IMG/VR virus record: IMGVR_UViG_2862799924_000001
Location: 7,607-71,606 of that record
DNA: 64,000 nt
From: a virus
Taxonomy: Duplodnaviria > Caudoviricetes
Direction: 5' to 3' (one strand)
In this document: piece after piece, positions 1 to 11,100 of the stretch
Layout of the letters: the number at the start of each line of letters is the position of its first letter
How positions within the stretch are numbered: the stretch's first letter is position 1
Notes under the pieces: model-generated
Told to the model about the DNA's origin: nothing
The model's database searches: none
What the model saw: the letters and a program-made list of their open reading frames with translations, nothing else
Translations under genes and position numbers: made by a program

Positions 1-287
1 ATCAGCCCGGCGATGACGATGCCGTTGACCGACGCCACGACGCCATCGGATACGTCGAAGCCGAATGCGGCGACCGTCGATGCGACCACCGCGACCAGGC
101 CCGTGAAGGCAGCCGGGGCGATGGGGCGGGTCAGCGCTGCGGCGATGGCCGCGAACACCGCACTGATGGCGGCGACCACCCATCCGGCCTGCGCACTGGA
201 CAGGCCGACATTGAACGCGACGACCAGCGAGAGGATCGCGCCGACGGAGTTCACGATCAGCGCGGGCTCTCTGCCGAACACCTTCAT
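1..287 (-). CDS. holin-like membrane protein, truncated by the window edge
   Basis: Translated by hand from ATG at 287: MKVFGREPALIVNSVGAILSLVVAFNVGLSSAQAGWVVAAISAVFAAIAAALTRP...; several hydrophobic helices; directly downstream of the endolysin. Confidence 0.75.
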   Translation of the reverse strand, partial: MKVFGREPALIVNSVGAILSLVVAFNVGLSSAQAGWVVAAISAVFAAIAAALTRPIAPAAFTGLVAVVASTVAAFGFDVSDGVVASVNGIVIAGL

Positions 288-294
288 GACTGCC

Positions 295-1038
295 TCACTT
301 CTTAGGGATCTTCAGGACCAGACCCGGGTAGATCCGGTACGGGGTCTTCAAGCCGTTGGCCCTGGCGATCTCGGGCCACCGCACGTCGAGAAGCGCGCCG
401 ATGCTGGACAACGTTTCGCCGGGGCGCACCGTGTGGGTGGAGGGCGACGGAGCGAGGCGGCGCTTGATGCGCTCGCGCATGCCGCCCATCGTGAAGCCAC
501 GCGGGTCGACCTTGCCCGGCTGCCACTCCAGGTGGCCGATCACCGAGCGCTGCGTCCAGCCGTGATGGCGGCAGATCGCCGCGGACACCCGCTCGATCGC
601 GAGCAGCTGCGCCGCCGGCCACGGGTCGCGGCCGTCGCCGAGGTTCTCGCACTCGAAGCCGTAGAAGTGGCGGTTGCCGTCGGTGTTCGCCTCGTTGGCA
701 ACGGGCAGCGCGGTCTCGCTCTTCACGGCGCGCAGCACGTCGTCGTCTCCCGAGCCGGCGTGGTTGGCACGGCCGTAGCCGACCAGGTGGACCGTGCCGC
801 TCTTGGCGATGACGCCATGGCAGAGAGGGCCGGGCAGTCCGGCGTAGCCGCGGCGGCAGATGTCCACCGTGCGGGCACTGCCCGACGTCACCGTGTGATG
901 GATCATCACGCCGTGGACCGGGCCCCACCCACCGACGTGATTGCGGTTGTGCACCTTCCAGTCGCCGACCTGGACGACGGCTACACCCTCGTCCTTCAGG
1001 GCTTCAAGAAAATGCGCAGCAGTCATGGGCGGTGCCAT
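295..1038 (-). CDS. endolysin, N-acetylmuramoyl-L-alanine amidase with C-terminal LysM
   Basis: Amidase_2 motifs VMIHHT, ANHAG, GFECEN, IGHLEWQPGKVDP; LysM HTVRPGETLSSIG...IYPGLVLKIP. Confidence 0.92.
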   Translation of the reverse strand: MAPPMTAAHFLEALKDEGVAVVQVGDWKVHNRNHVGGWGPVHGVMIHHTVTSGSARTVDICRRGYAGLPGPLCHGVIAKSGTVHLVGYGRANHAGSGDDDVLRAVKSETALPVANEANTDGNRHFYGFECENLGDGRDPWPAAQLLAIERVSAAICRHHGWTQRSVIGHLEWQPGKVDPRGFTMGGMRERIKRRLAPSPSTHTVRPGETLSSIGALLDVRWPEIARANGLKTPYRIYPGLVLKIPKK

Positions 1039-1040
1039 CG

Positions 1041-1496
1041 CTACCCCCTATTGAATTCGGCGCAATTCAGCACCTGGTAACCCTCGGTCATTACCTCAAA
1101 GGCGTGGTCGTACTTCTCCGGGTCCGGGGCACGCTCGCGGCCCTGGGGAGACTTCAGGTCAATTAGCACCTGGTAGAGCGGGCACAAAGCTTTCTGCCGC
1201 TGCGTGGTCTGCGCCATATCCAGGCGCTGAGTCAGTGCGTCTATACGAGCCGTGTTGTTATTCACCTGAAGCAGGCCGACCGCCATCGCAGCTGTGAGCG
1301 CCACGTCCAGAAGGAACCCGGCGACGACGACAAGAATCATCCGACGGTTCTGCTGAGACCTTTTCGTCAGAGAAGTGAACTGGCGCCCTGCGTCATCGCC
1401 CAGCTCTTCGAGTTCTTCGAGCAGTGCTGCGGCTGCGGCTGCCAGCCGGTCCACCGGATCCAGCCCGGGGTCCGGGGGCTGTGGGTCACGCGTCAT
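1041..1496 (-). CDS. single-pass membrane protein in the lysis cassette
   Basis: TM segment ILVVVAGFLLDVALTAAMAVGLL followed by a coiled region with two Cys; next to endolysin. Confidence 0.65.
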   Translation of the reverse strand: MTRDPQPPDPGLDPVDRLAAAAAALLEELEELGDDAGRQFTSLTKRSQQNRRMILVVVAGFLLDVALTAAMAVGLLQVNNNTARIDALTQRLDMAQTTQRQKALCPLYQVLIDLKSPQGRERAPDPEKYDHAFEVMTEGYQVLNCAEFNRG

Positions 1497-1665
1497 TGCC
1501 GCTGCCTCCCTCTGCCGGAGGTCTCGCCTCGTCGCGCAGCAGGCGCACTTCGGTGACGAGTTCCTCAGAAAAGTTCCTGAGCCGGGCGGCCGTCCTCAGC
1601 AGTTCTTTGCGCAGCCGCTCCGATTCGGCAATCAGCCGGTCACCCGATAGGTCGTGCCTCGCCAT
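1486..1665 (-). CDS. small hypothetical coiled-coil protein
   Basis: MARHDLSGDRLIAESERLRKELL...; tightly packed with neighbours. Confidence 0.55.
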   Translation of the reverse strand: MARHDLSGDRLIAESERLRKELLRTAARLRNFSEELVTEVRLLRDEARPPAEGGSGNDA

Positions 1666-1669
1666 AAGC

Positions 1670-1939
1670 TCAGCTCCTGCGTACCGCGGCCAGGGCATCA
1701 CCGACGGCACGGTTGGCATCGGCAATGGCCTGAGCCGCGACGGCGATTGTCCCGATGTACTCACTTCGCACCGCCTCGTTTAGTTTGCGCAGCTCCTCCT
1801 CCAGGCGGTCGGCCCGCTCCGCCTCCCTGTCGACCGCCGCCTGAAGCCGTGTGAACAGAACGCGCACCGCGGCGATCGCCATAATGGCGACGCCACCGAC
1901 CGCGCCGTACTGGATAAGCACCCCTGTAACCGGGTCCAT
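1670..1939 (-). CDS. small membrane protein with coiled coil (lysis-associated)
   Basis: MDPVTGVLIQYGAVGGVAIMAIAAVRVLF...; GAGGGGG RBS upstream of ATG 1939. Confidence 0.65.
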   Translation of the reverse strand: MDPVTGVLIQYGAVGGVAIMAIAAVRVLFTRLQAAVDREAERADRLEEELRKLNEAVRSEYIGTIAVAAQAIADANRAVGDALAAVRRS

Positions 1940-1947
1940 CGCACCCC

Positions 1948-2985
1948 TCAGAGGTAATATTCGAGCTGGTTGAAACTGATCCACGCCGGGTCATCGACGG
2001 TCGGCGTGAAGGTGTGGTCGTGCGAGCCGTCGGCCAGGGCGCCGTTCGTGCCGTGGGTGTGCGACGACGTCGGGATCGAGTGCGCGTGGTCGTTCACCGA
2101 CGTCGTACCGCCCGGCTCACCGTCCGCTGCGTTGCCGTGCTTGTGGGTCGTGACCGGGATCGTGTGGCTGTGGCCCGAGGCAGAGTTCGTACCGCCACCG
2201 TGGTTGTGATCGTTATTCGCGATGCCGTGAGTGTGCGAGCCCTCGCTGCTCGTGTCGCCGTGGAAGTGATCGCTGTTGGCGATCTGGTGCGTGTGCTCGG
2301 ACGACGTCGAGGTGTCCCCGCCGTTCGGCGCTGTCGTACCGCCCACCATGAGCACCGCGCCCGACGCCTCGAAGTCGACCCGCACCGACACGGCCCCGCC
2401 GATCGTCGTCCGGCCCGCCGACATGGGGCGCCGCACGGAGGGGATGTACCCGGCAGGCATCGCCGCCACGATCGTCGTTCCTGAAGTGCGCGCCGCGACG
2501 CCCTGCCACTGCACCTTCCAGGACCCGTGATCCCAGATGCGGCGGTACATCACATTGCCGCCGCCGTTGCCGTTGTGCGTGAAGCCTGCGGCGAGCGTCG
2601 CGGTCGTCCAGCCCGACTCGCTGAACTGGCCCGCGATCTCGCCCAGCGCCACCAGGTCCGTGCCCTGCTTGATGACCAGGACGGTGTCGCCGACGACGGG
2701 CGCGTAGGAGTCGACGTACCGGATGCCGGGGATCTCCGTCGTGTCCCCGGAGATCTGCACCCCCAGCGTGGGCGGCGCCGAGGTACTCGCGATGCTGGAC
2801 ACCGTGCCCTTGCGCAAGGTCGCCGGGTCGAAGGCGAGAAGCGTCTGCTTCGCGATCTCGGTGGCCAGCTCGCGGATCGCGTTCAGCTGAGCTGCGGCAG
2901 CCGCCTCGGCTTCTGCGGCGGCGCCCTGCACCGCTGCTTCGTCAGGAAGCACCGGCGGCTCTGCGGGGACGGAAGGCGTGGTCAT
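1948..2985 (-). CDS. minor tail / tail tip protein with HxH repeats
   Basis: N-terminal YAPVVGDTVLV OB-like segment; C-terminal HTH/HFH/HNH/HSH/HKH/HAH/HDH motifs; last tail gene. Confidence 0.75.
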   Translation of the reverse strand: MTTPSVPAEPPVLPDEAAVQGAAAEAEAAAAAQLNAIRELATEIAKQTLLAFDPATLRKGTVSSIASTSAPPTLGVQISGDTTEIPGIRYVDSYAPVVGDTVLVIKQGTDLVALGEIAGQFSESGWTTATLAAGFTHNGNGGGNVMYRRIWDHGSWKVQWQGVAARTSGTTIVAAMPAGYIPSVRRPMSAGRTTIGGAVSVRVDFEASGAVLMVGGTTAPNGGDTSTSSEHTHQIANSDHFHGDTSSEGSHTHGIANNDHNHGGGTNSASGHSHTIPVTTHKHGNAADGEPGGTTSVNDHAHSIPTSSHTHGTNGALADGSHDHTFTPTVDDPAWISFNQLEYYL

Positions 2986-4127
2986 CCGCCCCCCTGCCGC
3001 TTCTGCCGGAGCGTCAGATTCTGGGTGCCTTTGGCGTCCAGCGGAATGTTGAAACTGTCGACTGCGTACAGGCCGCTGACGTGCGCCCGCTCCCGCACCA
3101 CCTCGACCACCGCGCCCGCCTCGAAGCCGGGATTGACGATGCCGCTGACCGAGAGCTGCGAGGAGAAGCCCAGCAGATTGCGGAGCAGCTGGTCAGCGGT
3201 GGCCTGCGCCTCCTCGGCAGTCTTGATCAGCTGGTCGGTGATGAACTGGGGGACCTGTCCGTACGGACCCAGGTGATACGTCGCTGACGTGGGCTCTTCA
3301 TCCCACGCCACCGCGCGCACCGCGGGCAGCTCATCCCCCGGCGACTCCCCCGTCAGGACGATCCCGTTGAAGCCCGGCTCGTCCGTCAGCACGCGCGAGA
3401 GATCGAGCATCGTGCACTTCTCACCCTCGATGTACTGGAAGTCGGGGCTGGGCAGGGCGTCGATATCCGGCGGCGGCGCGATCACCACCCAGCCCTCGAC
3501 GTCGAAGTAGATGTCACAGCCGAGCGACTGCGCGAGGACGGTGACCGCGTCCCACGGGTCATCGCCGACGTCGTACAGGCGCGGCGCCGTTGTCGTCCTG
3601 GTCGTGCTGATCGCGTCATAGCTGAGGTCATCGAAGGTCCGCGCGAGGATGCTCTTGATCGCGTCGATGATGTTCGTGCCGGTCTCGATGACATACGGCG
3701 AAATGAACTTGTCGCGCGCCACCGTGCGGCTCAGGTCATAGGCCTCCAGCTGGATGTCGGGAGACCCGCCCGTCTGCTCCTGGATCGACACCTTGGCCAG
3801 CCGGAACACACCAAGGGGCAACACTTCGATCTCGCCTTTGGGATGCTCCGGAGTGGGGGCGTACCGAACGCCCCGGTACGGGCGCAGCTCGGTGCCGTAC
3901 GGGGTCAGCAGAGAGGTCGTACCGCTGGGGACCAGGGTGCCCAACGGATCTACGCAGGTGGCTTTGCAGGTCCGCCGGATCGCGGCCGTGCGGTCGCAGC
4001 TGACGTCGCCGCCCGTCGCGGGGAGGCGGGTCCGCTCCTGCGTCGGAGAGATCACGTCCACGTAGCTGTAGACCTGATGGGACCGGCGGATCTCGGAGAG
4101 CAGGCGAGCCGACGCACGCTGCACCAT
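2982..4127 (-). CDS. minor tail protein (DUF5047-like hub)
   Basis: GGDVSCDRTAAIRRTC, LTPYGTELRPYRGVRY, LPLGVFRL, TYHLGPYGQVP; typical actinophage hub protein position. Confidence 0.8.
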   Translation of the reverse strand: MVQRASARLLSEIRRSHQVYSYVDVISPTQERTRLPATGGDVSCDRTAAIRRTCKATCVDPLGTLVPSGTTSLLTPYGTELRPYRGVRYAPTPEHPKGEIEVLPLGVFRLAKVSIQEQTGGSPDIQLEAYDLSRTVARDKFISPYVIETGTNIIDAIKSILARTFDDLSYDAISTTRTTTAPRLYDVGDDPWDAVTVLAQSLGCDIYFDVEGWVVIAPPPDIDALPSPDFQYIEGEKCTMLDLSRVLTDEPGFNGIVLTGESPGDELPAVRAVAWDEEPTSATYHLGPYGQVPQFITDQLIKTAEEAQATADQLLRNLLGFSSQLSVSGIVNPGFEAGAVVEVVRERAHVSGLYAVDSFNIPLDAKGTQNLTLRQKRQGGG

Positions 4128-4143
4128 CGGCCCGCCCCCTTCG

Positions 4144-7100
4144 CTACTCCGGAGCGGCGACCTCGACGAAGGTCAGCTGCACGAACCTCAGGGGATCGAC
4201 GAACCGCTGCCCGCTGACCTGGACCTCGGCAGAGATGTCTCCGACCGGCCTGACCCACCACGCGTGATCAACATTGGTCTGGAGGAACAGCGTCCGGCCG
4301 CTGCGCAGCAGTGCCCGCAGCGGCGCGTACTCCTCCCGCCTGACGATCAGCGTCAGCTCGATGGCGTCGCCCTTGTAGCCCTCGGACACCACCACCGGTC
4401 GGTCCTCGCCCAGCGGCTGGTACATGACGGACGTGCCCGTCGTGCCCACCTGGAGAGGCTCGGCCTTGACCCTCAGCGGGATGCTGCTGTCCGGGTTCGT
4501 GATGTCCTTCAGCCACCAGTTCAGCGCGGTCAGCGAGACCTCATCCGAGGGCGGCCCGAAGCCACTGACGAACCGGTCCCCTGCCAGACCGAAGCTGATC
4601 GTCTGCGCGCGATAGCGCCTGTTGACCAGCGGGATCACCGTGTGGTCCGTGTAGGTCGCGATGCCGGACAGCGGGTCGTAGGCGGGAGGACTCGTATCCA
4701 GACCGGGCAGAACCTGCCAGTCCCCGTAGCCGGTACCGACATCGTCCGCGTACTCAATCACCGGGGCATGCCAGACCGCGTGCGTGCTGCGGCCTGTGCC
4801 GTTGCGCCACACCCCCGACGGACCGAGCATGATGCCGACCCGGTCGAAGTAGACGAGATCGCTCACCGCGCGGTCGGTGACGGACACCTCGCCCTTGATC
4901 CGGGTCGTGCCCTCCGGGATGTCGTACGTCCCCGAGGACTTGGCCCACGTCGCCGTACCGAAGCTCGTGCCCTGGATCGTCTGGCTGCTGATCAGCTGGT
5001 TCGCCCGGTAGAAGTGCAGCGTCAGATACGGAGTGCCGCTGGATGAACCGAGGAACCCTGAGGTGAACGTGACCTTGTTGTCGGCCAGCTGCATGATCTG
5101 CGGATCGATCCCTGAGACCTCGACCGCGTCCGGCATCGTCGCCACCGTGCGGCCGGCGACCAGCGGGACGGCCGGTTTGACCAGACCGACCCAGGACGCA
5201 GCGGAGTTGAATTCGCTGCCCGAGCCAGGCGTGAACGCCGCGGTCACGGACGTCGCACCGACGGGCACCACGCCGTTGGAGTCGTACACCCCAGTCGTCA
5301 GCCACGGATCGCTGCTGCCGACGGTGACGTCGCTGCGTTCGGTCTCATTGGCACCCGCAGCCGGCGCGCTGGGCAGAGGCTTGATGATCCCGATCCAACT
5401 CGCGCCGCCGTAGAAGTTCCGGTTCAGCGACCCGGTACGGGAGTGCGAGCCGGTACCGACCGGCCCGTTGGAGTCGGCCATCATCAGCGCCGCCGTCCGG
5501 TACTGCCAGTACGAGATCTGGTATTCGGCCGCGTTGTCCGAGCGCTCCGCCACCTCCGTCGTGCTGCCCCACTCGGTGTAGTAGTCGCCGCTCGACCCGA
5601 AGGCACTGATCCGCCAGGCGCGCGAGTCGGTGTTCGTGACCGTCGACGTGGCCACGGTGTTGCCGCTCCCGGACTGGCTCGTGTCCTCCGCGATGAACTG
5701 ATTCGCCGCTGAGTCCGCGTTCCGGTAGGCCGACACCTGCGTGACGATGGGCTTGACCGTGGCGCTGAGCGTCCCCGTCCAGCTGCTCGGTTCGCTGCCG
5801 CCCGCCGTCCGTTTCAGGACCGCGAAGCGCAAGCTGGCCGTGCCGTCGGGCTCCGTGATCTGCCGGACCACCGTCCATCCGGTGGGCGCTGTCAGCGTCG
5901 CGATGACCGAGTCCGAGATGGCGACCGTGGCGACCATCAGGTCGCCGGACACCACCCCGGACGGGCGGTTGATGACGTAGCTGGTCGCGTTCGACGCCGT
6001 CGTCCAGGCGGTGCCCTTGCCGACGTAAGCGATGTCCGCCGACGTGGTGGGCGGGGCGATGTTGGCCACCATGGCGCCGCCGGTGACGTTGTCGCTCACC
6101 GCGAAAGCGCTGAGCCGCCACGCGTTGGCGTCGGTGTTGTTGAGTACGGCTGACGTCAGGTAGAGCGGAGTTCCCGTCGCCCTGGTGAGCACGCCTTCTG
6201 CGATGAACTGATCCGCCGCGTCGGCTGCCCCGGTGTACGCGACGACCACGGCGCACCGCCGGGTGCTCGCGGTGCCCAGCGTGCCGTCCGTCCAGGTGGC
6301 CGGATCGGAGCCGCCCGCGGTGCGCTTCAGGATCCACAGAGCTGCGTCCGTGGTGCCGTCGTCGACCGCGGCCGTGTTGACCGCCGCCCAGCCTGCTGGC
6401 GGGGTGATGGTCCCGAACTGGTTCGAGCTGACGAAGGCGACCATGAGGTCGCCGACCACGACGCCTGCGGGCTTGTTCAGGGTGAAGTCGGTGCCGGACG
6501 TCGGCGACGTGAAGGCGGTCCCGGTCGCACGGAATCCGAGGGACGGCGTGATGCCCGTGTACGTCAGACGCTTCGTCAGCGTGCCGTGGGAACCCGTACC
6601 CGTCACCGCCACGCGGGAGATGGTGCTGCCTGCGCCGGCGACCCAGTTGTCCCCGACCGGGTCATCGCCCGTCGCGGAGAAGGCGGGCAGGATGTTCCGG
6701 CTCGTGTGCCCGCCGTCCGACCACGGAGCGCCCGCCCCGTACATCAGCCCGACGTGATCCACGTGGTGTATCTCGGCGAGCGCCGGTGACTCCACTTCGA
6801 CTTCGACCTTGGCGTACACCGTCGCCGCAGGAGATGTCCCGGTTGCGACGGCCTCGGTCCACGTGGAACTGGAGTCGGTGCCGGTGCCGGTGACCGTGCC
6901 CGCCAAGGCGGTAAAGGTGTCGTCGTAGAAGCGGATGCGGACACTGCACGCCCTGGCCGTCACCGCGGCACGCAGCTGCGCCCGCACAGTGACCGGCGAG
7001 CCCGGCGCCAGCTCGACGAAGGGACTGAGCACCGACATCGTCGCAGCACTGGACGCGGTCAGCTTCAGTGAGGCCACGCCCGCGAAGTACGTACTCGTGT

Positions 7101-8106
7101 CCTGCGCTGCGGTGCAGTTCGTCGTCGTGTACTCCGGGGCGTCCGTCAAGGTCTCGAAGTCGGCGCTCTGCACACTGAGCAAGTTGGAGCTGTCGCGCAA
7201 GGTCAGGGCTACCGCAGAGGCGTAGCTGTCCGGGACGACGCTGACGACGCCGATGCCCGGCGTGCCGGACACCGTGTGATCATCACCAGGCACGCCGGGG
7301 CTCGGACCCTGTACCGCGAAGGCCCGGCCCACCCAGATGCTCTTGGCGCCGAAGCTGGAGTACACCCGTACGTACACGGAGTACTGGTCAGGATTAATCG
7401 ACGTCGGCAGGGTGAGCGACGTGATGTCGCCGCCGACCGTCGCCGCATAGACCGGTGGTGTGGTGTTCGGGGCGAAGGTCGACTCGGCGACCTGGATTCC
7501 GGTGAAGACCCGGTACTCGGCTTTCGCCTGCGGATCACCGTCCGCCTGCGCGTACGTCCAGCTGATGACCGGGGACGGCGTGAGTACGGTGCCGGTCGGC
7601 GCCTCCACCGTGACGGTAGGCCTGACCCGGTAGTTGATCTGCACCCACACCTTGTAGACGCGGATGCAGTGCAGCGACGCCGCGTAACTGAACACCTGGC
7701 ACAGCAGCTTGTTCAGACGGTGGATGTCCCATGGATGACCGAGCGGGTCCCGCTGATAGGTCGCCACCTCGTAATCCGTGATCGTCTGAGTCAGCGGGAT
7801 AGTGCGGGACGTGAAGCGGCTCGTGTCGTCCAGGCAGGACACGTTGATGGTGAGGGTGCGGTTCTGGCTGTCCATCTTCCGCGCCCGCACCTTCACCGTG
7901 ACAGACGTGATCACCGCGCCTTCCGGCACGGTGCCGATGTCGACCGGGAACCTGACGCAGGCCCTCCCCTTATGGGGAGGGTTCCAGCAGTACTTGCTGT
8001 CGTCGTCGTTGTTCCAGCAGTGGAAAAGCCTGCTCACCAGCGAGCCGGCCAAGCCCCAGCCCTCGTTGCGGAAATCGTCGTTGCACAGGTGAGACAGGCC
8101 GGTCAC
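4144..8106 (-). CDS. large minor tail protein with carbohydrate-binding-like and repeated domains
   Basis: Start reset to GTG 8106 overlapping the TMP stop (GTGA); Thr/Ser/Trp-rich beta domains; two repeats (KPAGVVVGDLMVA, RPSGVVSGDLMVA). Confidence 0.8.
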   Translation of the reverse strand: MTGLSHLCNDDFRNEGWGLAGSLVSRLFHCWNNDDDSKYCWNPPHKGRACVRFPVDIGTVPEGAVITSVTVKVRARKMDSQNRTLTINVSCLDDTSRFTSRTIPLTQTITDYEVATYQRDPLGHPWDIHRLNKLLCQVFSYAASLHCIRVYKVWVQINYRVRPTVTVEAPTGTVLTPSPVISWTYAQADGDPQAKAEYRVFTGIQVAESTFAPNTTPPVYAATVGGDITSLTLPTSINPDQYSVYVRVYSSFGAKSIWVGRAFAVQGPSPGVPGDDHTVSGTPGIGVVSVVPDSYASAVALTLRDSSNLLSVQSADFETLTDAPEYTTTNCTAAQDTSTYFAGVASLKLTASSAATMSVLSPFVELAPGSPVTVRAQLRAAVTARACSVRIRFYDDTFTALAGTVTGTGTDSSSTWTEAVATGTSPAATVYAKVEVEVESPALAEIHHVDHVGLMYGAGAPWSDGGHTSRNILPAFSATGDDPVGDNWVAGAGSTISRVAVTGTGSHGTLTKRLTYTGITPSLGFRATGTAFTSPTSGTDFTLNKPAGVVVGDLMVAFVSSNQFGTITPPAGWAAVNTAAVDDGTTDAALWILKRTAGGSDPATWTDGTLGTASTRRCAVVVAYTGAADAADQFIAEGVLTRATGTPLYLTSAVLNNTDANAWRLSAFAVSDNVTGGAMVANIAPPTTSADIAYVGKGTAWTTASNATSYVINRPSGVVSGDLMVATVAISDSVIATLTAPTGWTVVRQITEPDGTASLRFAVLKRTAGGSEPSSWTGTLSATVKPIVTQVSAYRNADSAANQFIAEDTSQSGSGNTVATSTVTNTDSRAWRISAFGSSGDYYTEWGSTTEVAERSDNAAEYQISYWQYRTAALMMADSNGPVGTGSHSRTGSLNRNFYGGASWIGIIKPLPSAPAAGANETERSDVTVGSSDPWLTTGVYDSNGVVPVGATSVTAAFTPGSGSEFNSAASWVGLVKPAVPLVAGRTVATMPDAVEVSGIDPQIMQLADNKVTFTSGFLGSSSGTPYLTLHFYRANQLISSQTIQGTSFGTATWAKSSGTYDIPEGTTRIKGEVSVTDRAVSDLVYFDRVGIMLGPSGVWRNGTGRSTHAVWHAPVIEYADDVGTGYGDWQVLPGLDTSPPAYDPLSGIATYTDHTVIPLVNRRYRAQTISFGLAGDRFVSGFGPPSDEVSLTALNWWLKDITNPDSSIPLRVKAEPLQVGTTGTSVMYQPLGEDRPVVVSEGYKGDAIELTLIVRREEYAPLRALLRSGRTLFLQTNVDHAWWVRPVGDISAEVQVSGQRFVDPLRFVQLTFVEVAAPE

Positions 8107-11100
8107 GGTCGCCTCCCCACCCCTTGCTTGATGGCCATGGTCAGCTTCGGGACCAGTTCGCGTTGCAGCTTGTCGACCGTGCCCGGCGTCGCATCGCCCT
8201 GGACGGTGACGGGCACGTTTACCTCGACCGTGGTCGTGCCGCCGTTGCCCACCAGGTCCCGCAGCGCCGTATTCGACTCGACGCGCTCGCCACCCCGGAA
8301 ACCGACCAGCTCGGGGCCGTGCTCTCCCACGATCGCGGGACCGCTGCGAGCGCCCGGAGTGCCAAGGCCATACCAGTTGTTCGACTTCTGGAACGAGTTG
8401 GCCTTGGAGGGATTGCCGTACCGGGACTTGATGTAGCCCAGACCCCACTTGATCTGGGTGGCAGGGTTCGTCTTCCAGTCCGATCCGGCAGACTTCATCT
8501 TCGAACCGGGCAGCGCCTGGGGAATGCCGTATGCGTCGCTGCTCGGGTTGTCGGCATTCCATCGCCATCCGGACTCACGCGTCCACAGGGCTTCCAGGGC
8601 GGACCAGTGAGAGCCCCACCCGCGACCGGCATTCAGGCTCTTGCCAGTCGCCTTGGCCGCCGCCACCGACTTGCCGGAGGTGATCCCGCCCTTGTAGGTG
8701 TCGGGACCATTGTTCGACAGCCCGTTGCGCCCCGCGTGGAACGCCTTCACCTGAGCCTTCGCAGCCGCTGACGCGGTCGGATCGCCGACAGCAATCCCGT
8801 GAATGTGCGGCGCAAAGCCCTCGGCACGAGTACGCCGCCAGGCCGCGAAGCCGGACGACCGCATCGCGCCGACGACGCTGTCCTTGGCAGGGCCGAGGTC
8901 GACTGCGCCGCCACCAGAGTGCGTACCGGCGGACAGCTTTCCGCTGCTGTAACTGCCCTGCGTCATCGAGAAGCTGGTCTTGGCCAGCCTGGACGCGTGA
9001 CCGAGCATTGCCGCGGTACGCCGGTTGACGACAACCCCGCCATAGGTCTGCTTGTTGCCGTCGCCGGACTTCCACTTCGCCCACGGGATGAACCCGCCGC
9101 CGCCCCCGGTGTCCGGGGCGACGTCGTTGTCCGAGACCCAGGCCTTGGCGGTCTTGGCCATCTCGTCGATCATGCCGACGCCCATGTTCTCCAGGGCAGT
9201 TCCATCGCCCGGGACAACCTTGCGGACCGCTCCCTTACCCAGCTTGGCCACGCCGTCGACTGCCGCCCCGAAGGGCCCGCTGATAGCGCCCAGAGCCAAG
9301 TCCTTCAGCTTGCCGACCGCGCCTTTGATGCCGTTCCAGGCGTCTCCGATGATCCCGTCCGGCACCAGGTCGGGACCGGAGTCAGGACCCCAGCCCGTAC
9401 CGAGGACGCCCCCGCCGTCGGCGAACCGGTGGTCAGGGTCCCCCAAGGCGCGCACGTTCGCGCTGCCCATGGCCTGGCGGCGCAGCGCGGCGACAGCCTC
9501 GTGGCCGCCCGCGCCGGCTACCTCCTTCGCGGTCCATACGTGCTCACCTGCGGACAGCCGCGCGACGATCGAGTCCGACGTGCCGGACCCGGGACCATTC
9601 ACTTCGCCGCCCTTGGCGAAACCAGGCAGCTTGAATTCGGGCAGCTCCGAAGCCCCGAATTTTGTCGCTACAACATTCCACAACTTCCGGATTCCAGAGT
9701 TGTACACCACGTTGACGATCGCCTGCACGGGAGCCATGACGACCTTCTTCAGGGCATCCCAGGCCTTGCCGATTGCTTTCACCGCAGAGTCAAACGCATT
9801 CGGGATCGTCTTCGTAAAGAAGTCACGGACCGGATTCCAGAATGTATTCCGGAGCCACGTGGAGCCCGTACTGAAGATTTCACGCAGCTTGTCCCACAAC
9901 GCCCCGGCGGCAGCGGAGATACCGTTGGCCGCCGTCTGGAAGAACGTTCGTATGGCCGTCCAGCCGGTGTTCCAGATCCCGGTCACAGCCGTAATGAACA
10001 CCTGGACTGCGGCCCGTATAAGGTTCCACGCAGATTGCGCAATGGAAACGATCGCGTTGAGGATCGTCTGGAAAATGTTCCGGATGGCCGTCCACGCCGT
10101 GTTCCACAAGTTCTGAAGCGCCGCAAGGAATGCCTGGAACGACGAACGCAATGCATTCCACGCAGCAGTCGCGATGCTCTGAATCGCCGCCCACGTCGCA
10201 CGGAACGCGGCAGTGAAGACACCCGCGAACGCATTGAAGGCCGTGAGGAGGACGTTCAGCAGAGCCTGCCACGCCGTCCTCAGGACATTCCATATGGCAG
10301 AGGCGGCGTCCTTGATGGCGTTCCAGGCTGCACCCCACCGGCCCGTGAATACGGCAGCGAAGGTCAGAAAGATCGCAGTGACTACCGCCCACAGCGCCTG
10401 CCACGCCGCCTTGATGACATTCCAGACACCGGCCGCTATCGCGACGACGACATTCCAGGCTCCGGAGAATACGGCGCTGAACGTCGCATAGAAGACGTTC
10501 CAGATACCGGTGACCGTGGCCCAGACCACCCGCCAGAATCCTACGAGAGTCGACCAGGCTATCTGCGCCGCACCGGTCAGCCAGGCCCACCCGATCTGCC
10601 AGGAACCGGAAAGAATTGCCCAGCCGACCTGATAGGCGCTGACGATGACTGTCCAAAGGAAGTTCCAGGCAGCTACTAGTACCGCCCAGGCTGCGGAAGC
10701 CGTGGCAGCAAGTCCTGTCCAGGCTGCCGTGAAGATTGGCCCAAAAGTAGCCCAGAAGATATCCCAGGTCGCCTGGATTCCCGTCCATGCCATCGCGGTG
10801 ATCGCGATGACCGCGTCAATCGCGATTCTCAGCGGGGCGAGCAGGAAATTAAACCAGTAGATAATCCCGTTGATCAGGTCCGGGATTACCGAGTTCCCTA
10901 CGAGGAAGTTGTACAGCCACTGAAAACCATGACCGATCGGAGTCAAGATCTTGTCGTAGATCCATGTGACCTTGCTAGCTATCCAGCCCCAGATCGTATT
11001 CCAGTTCTGCCAGAGCAGAATCAACCCGCCGACAGGCCCGAGGAAAACGAGAGCAAGCTGGCCGAGACCGTTGGTAAGCCAATTCCAAACGGTCATGGCG

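Noticed and set aside
8107-8568. N-terminal 150 aa of the 1474-aa ORF
   Set aside because: Overlaps the TMP C-terminus out of frame; GTG 8106 is the coupled start
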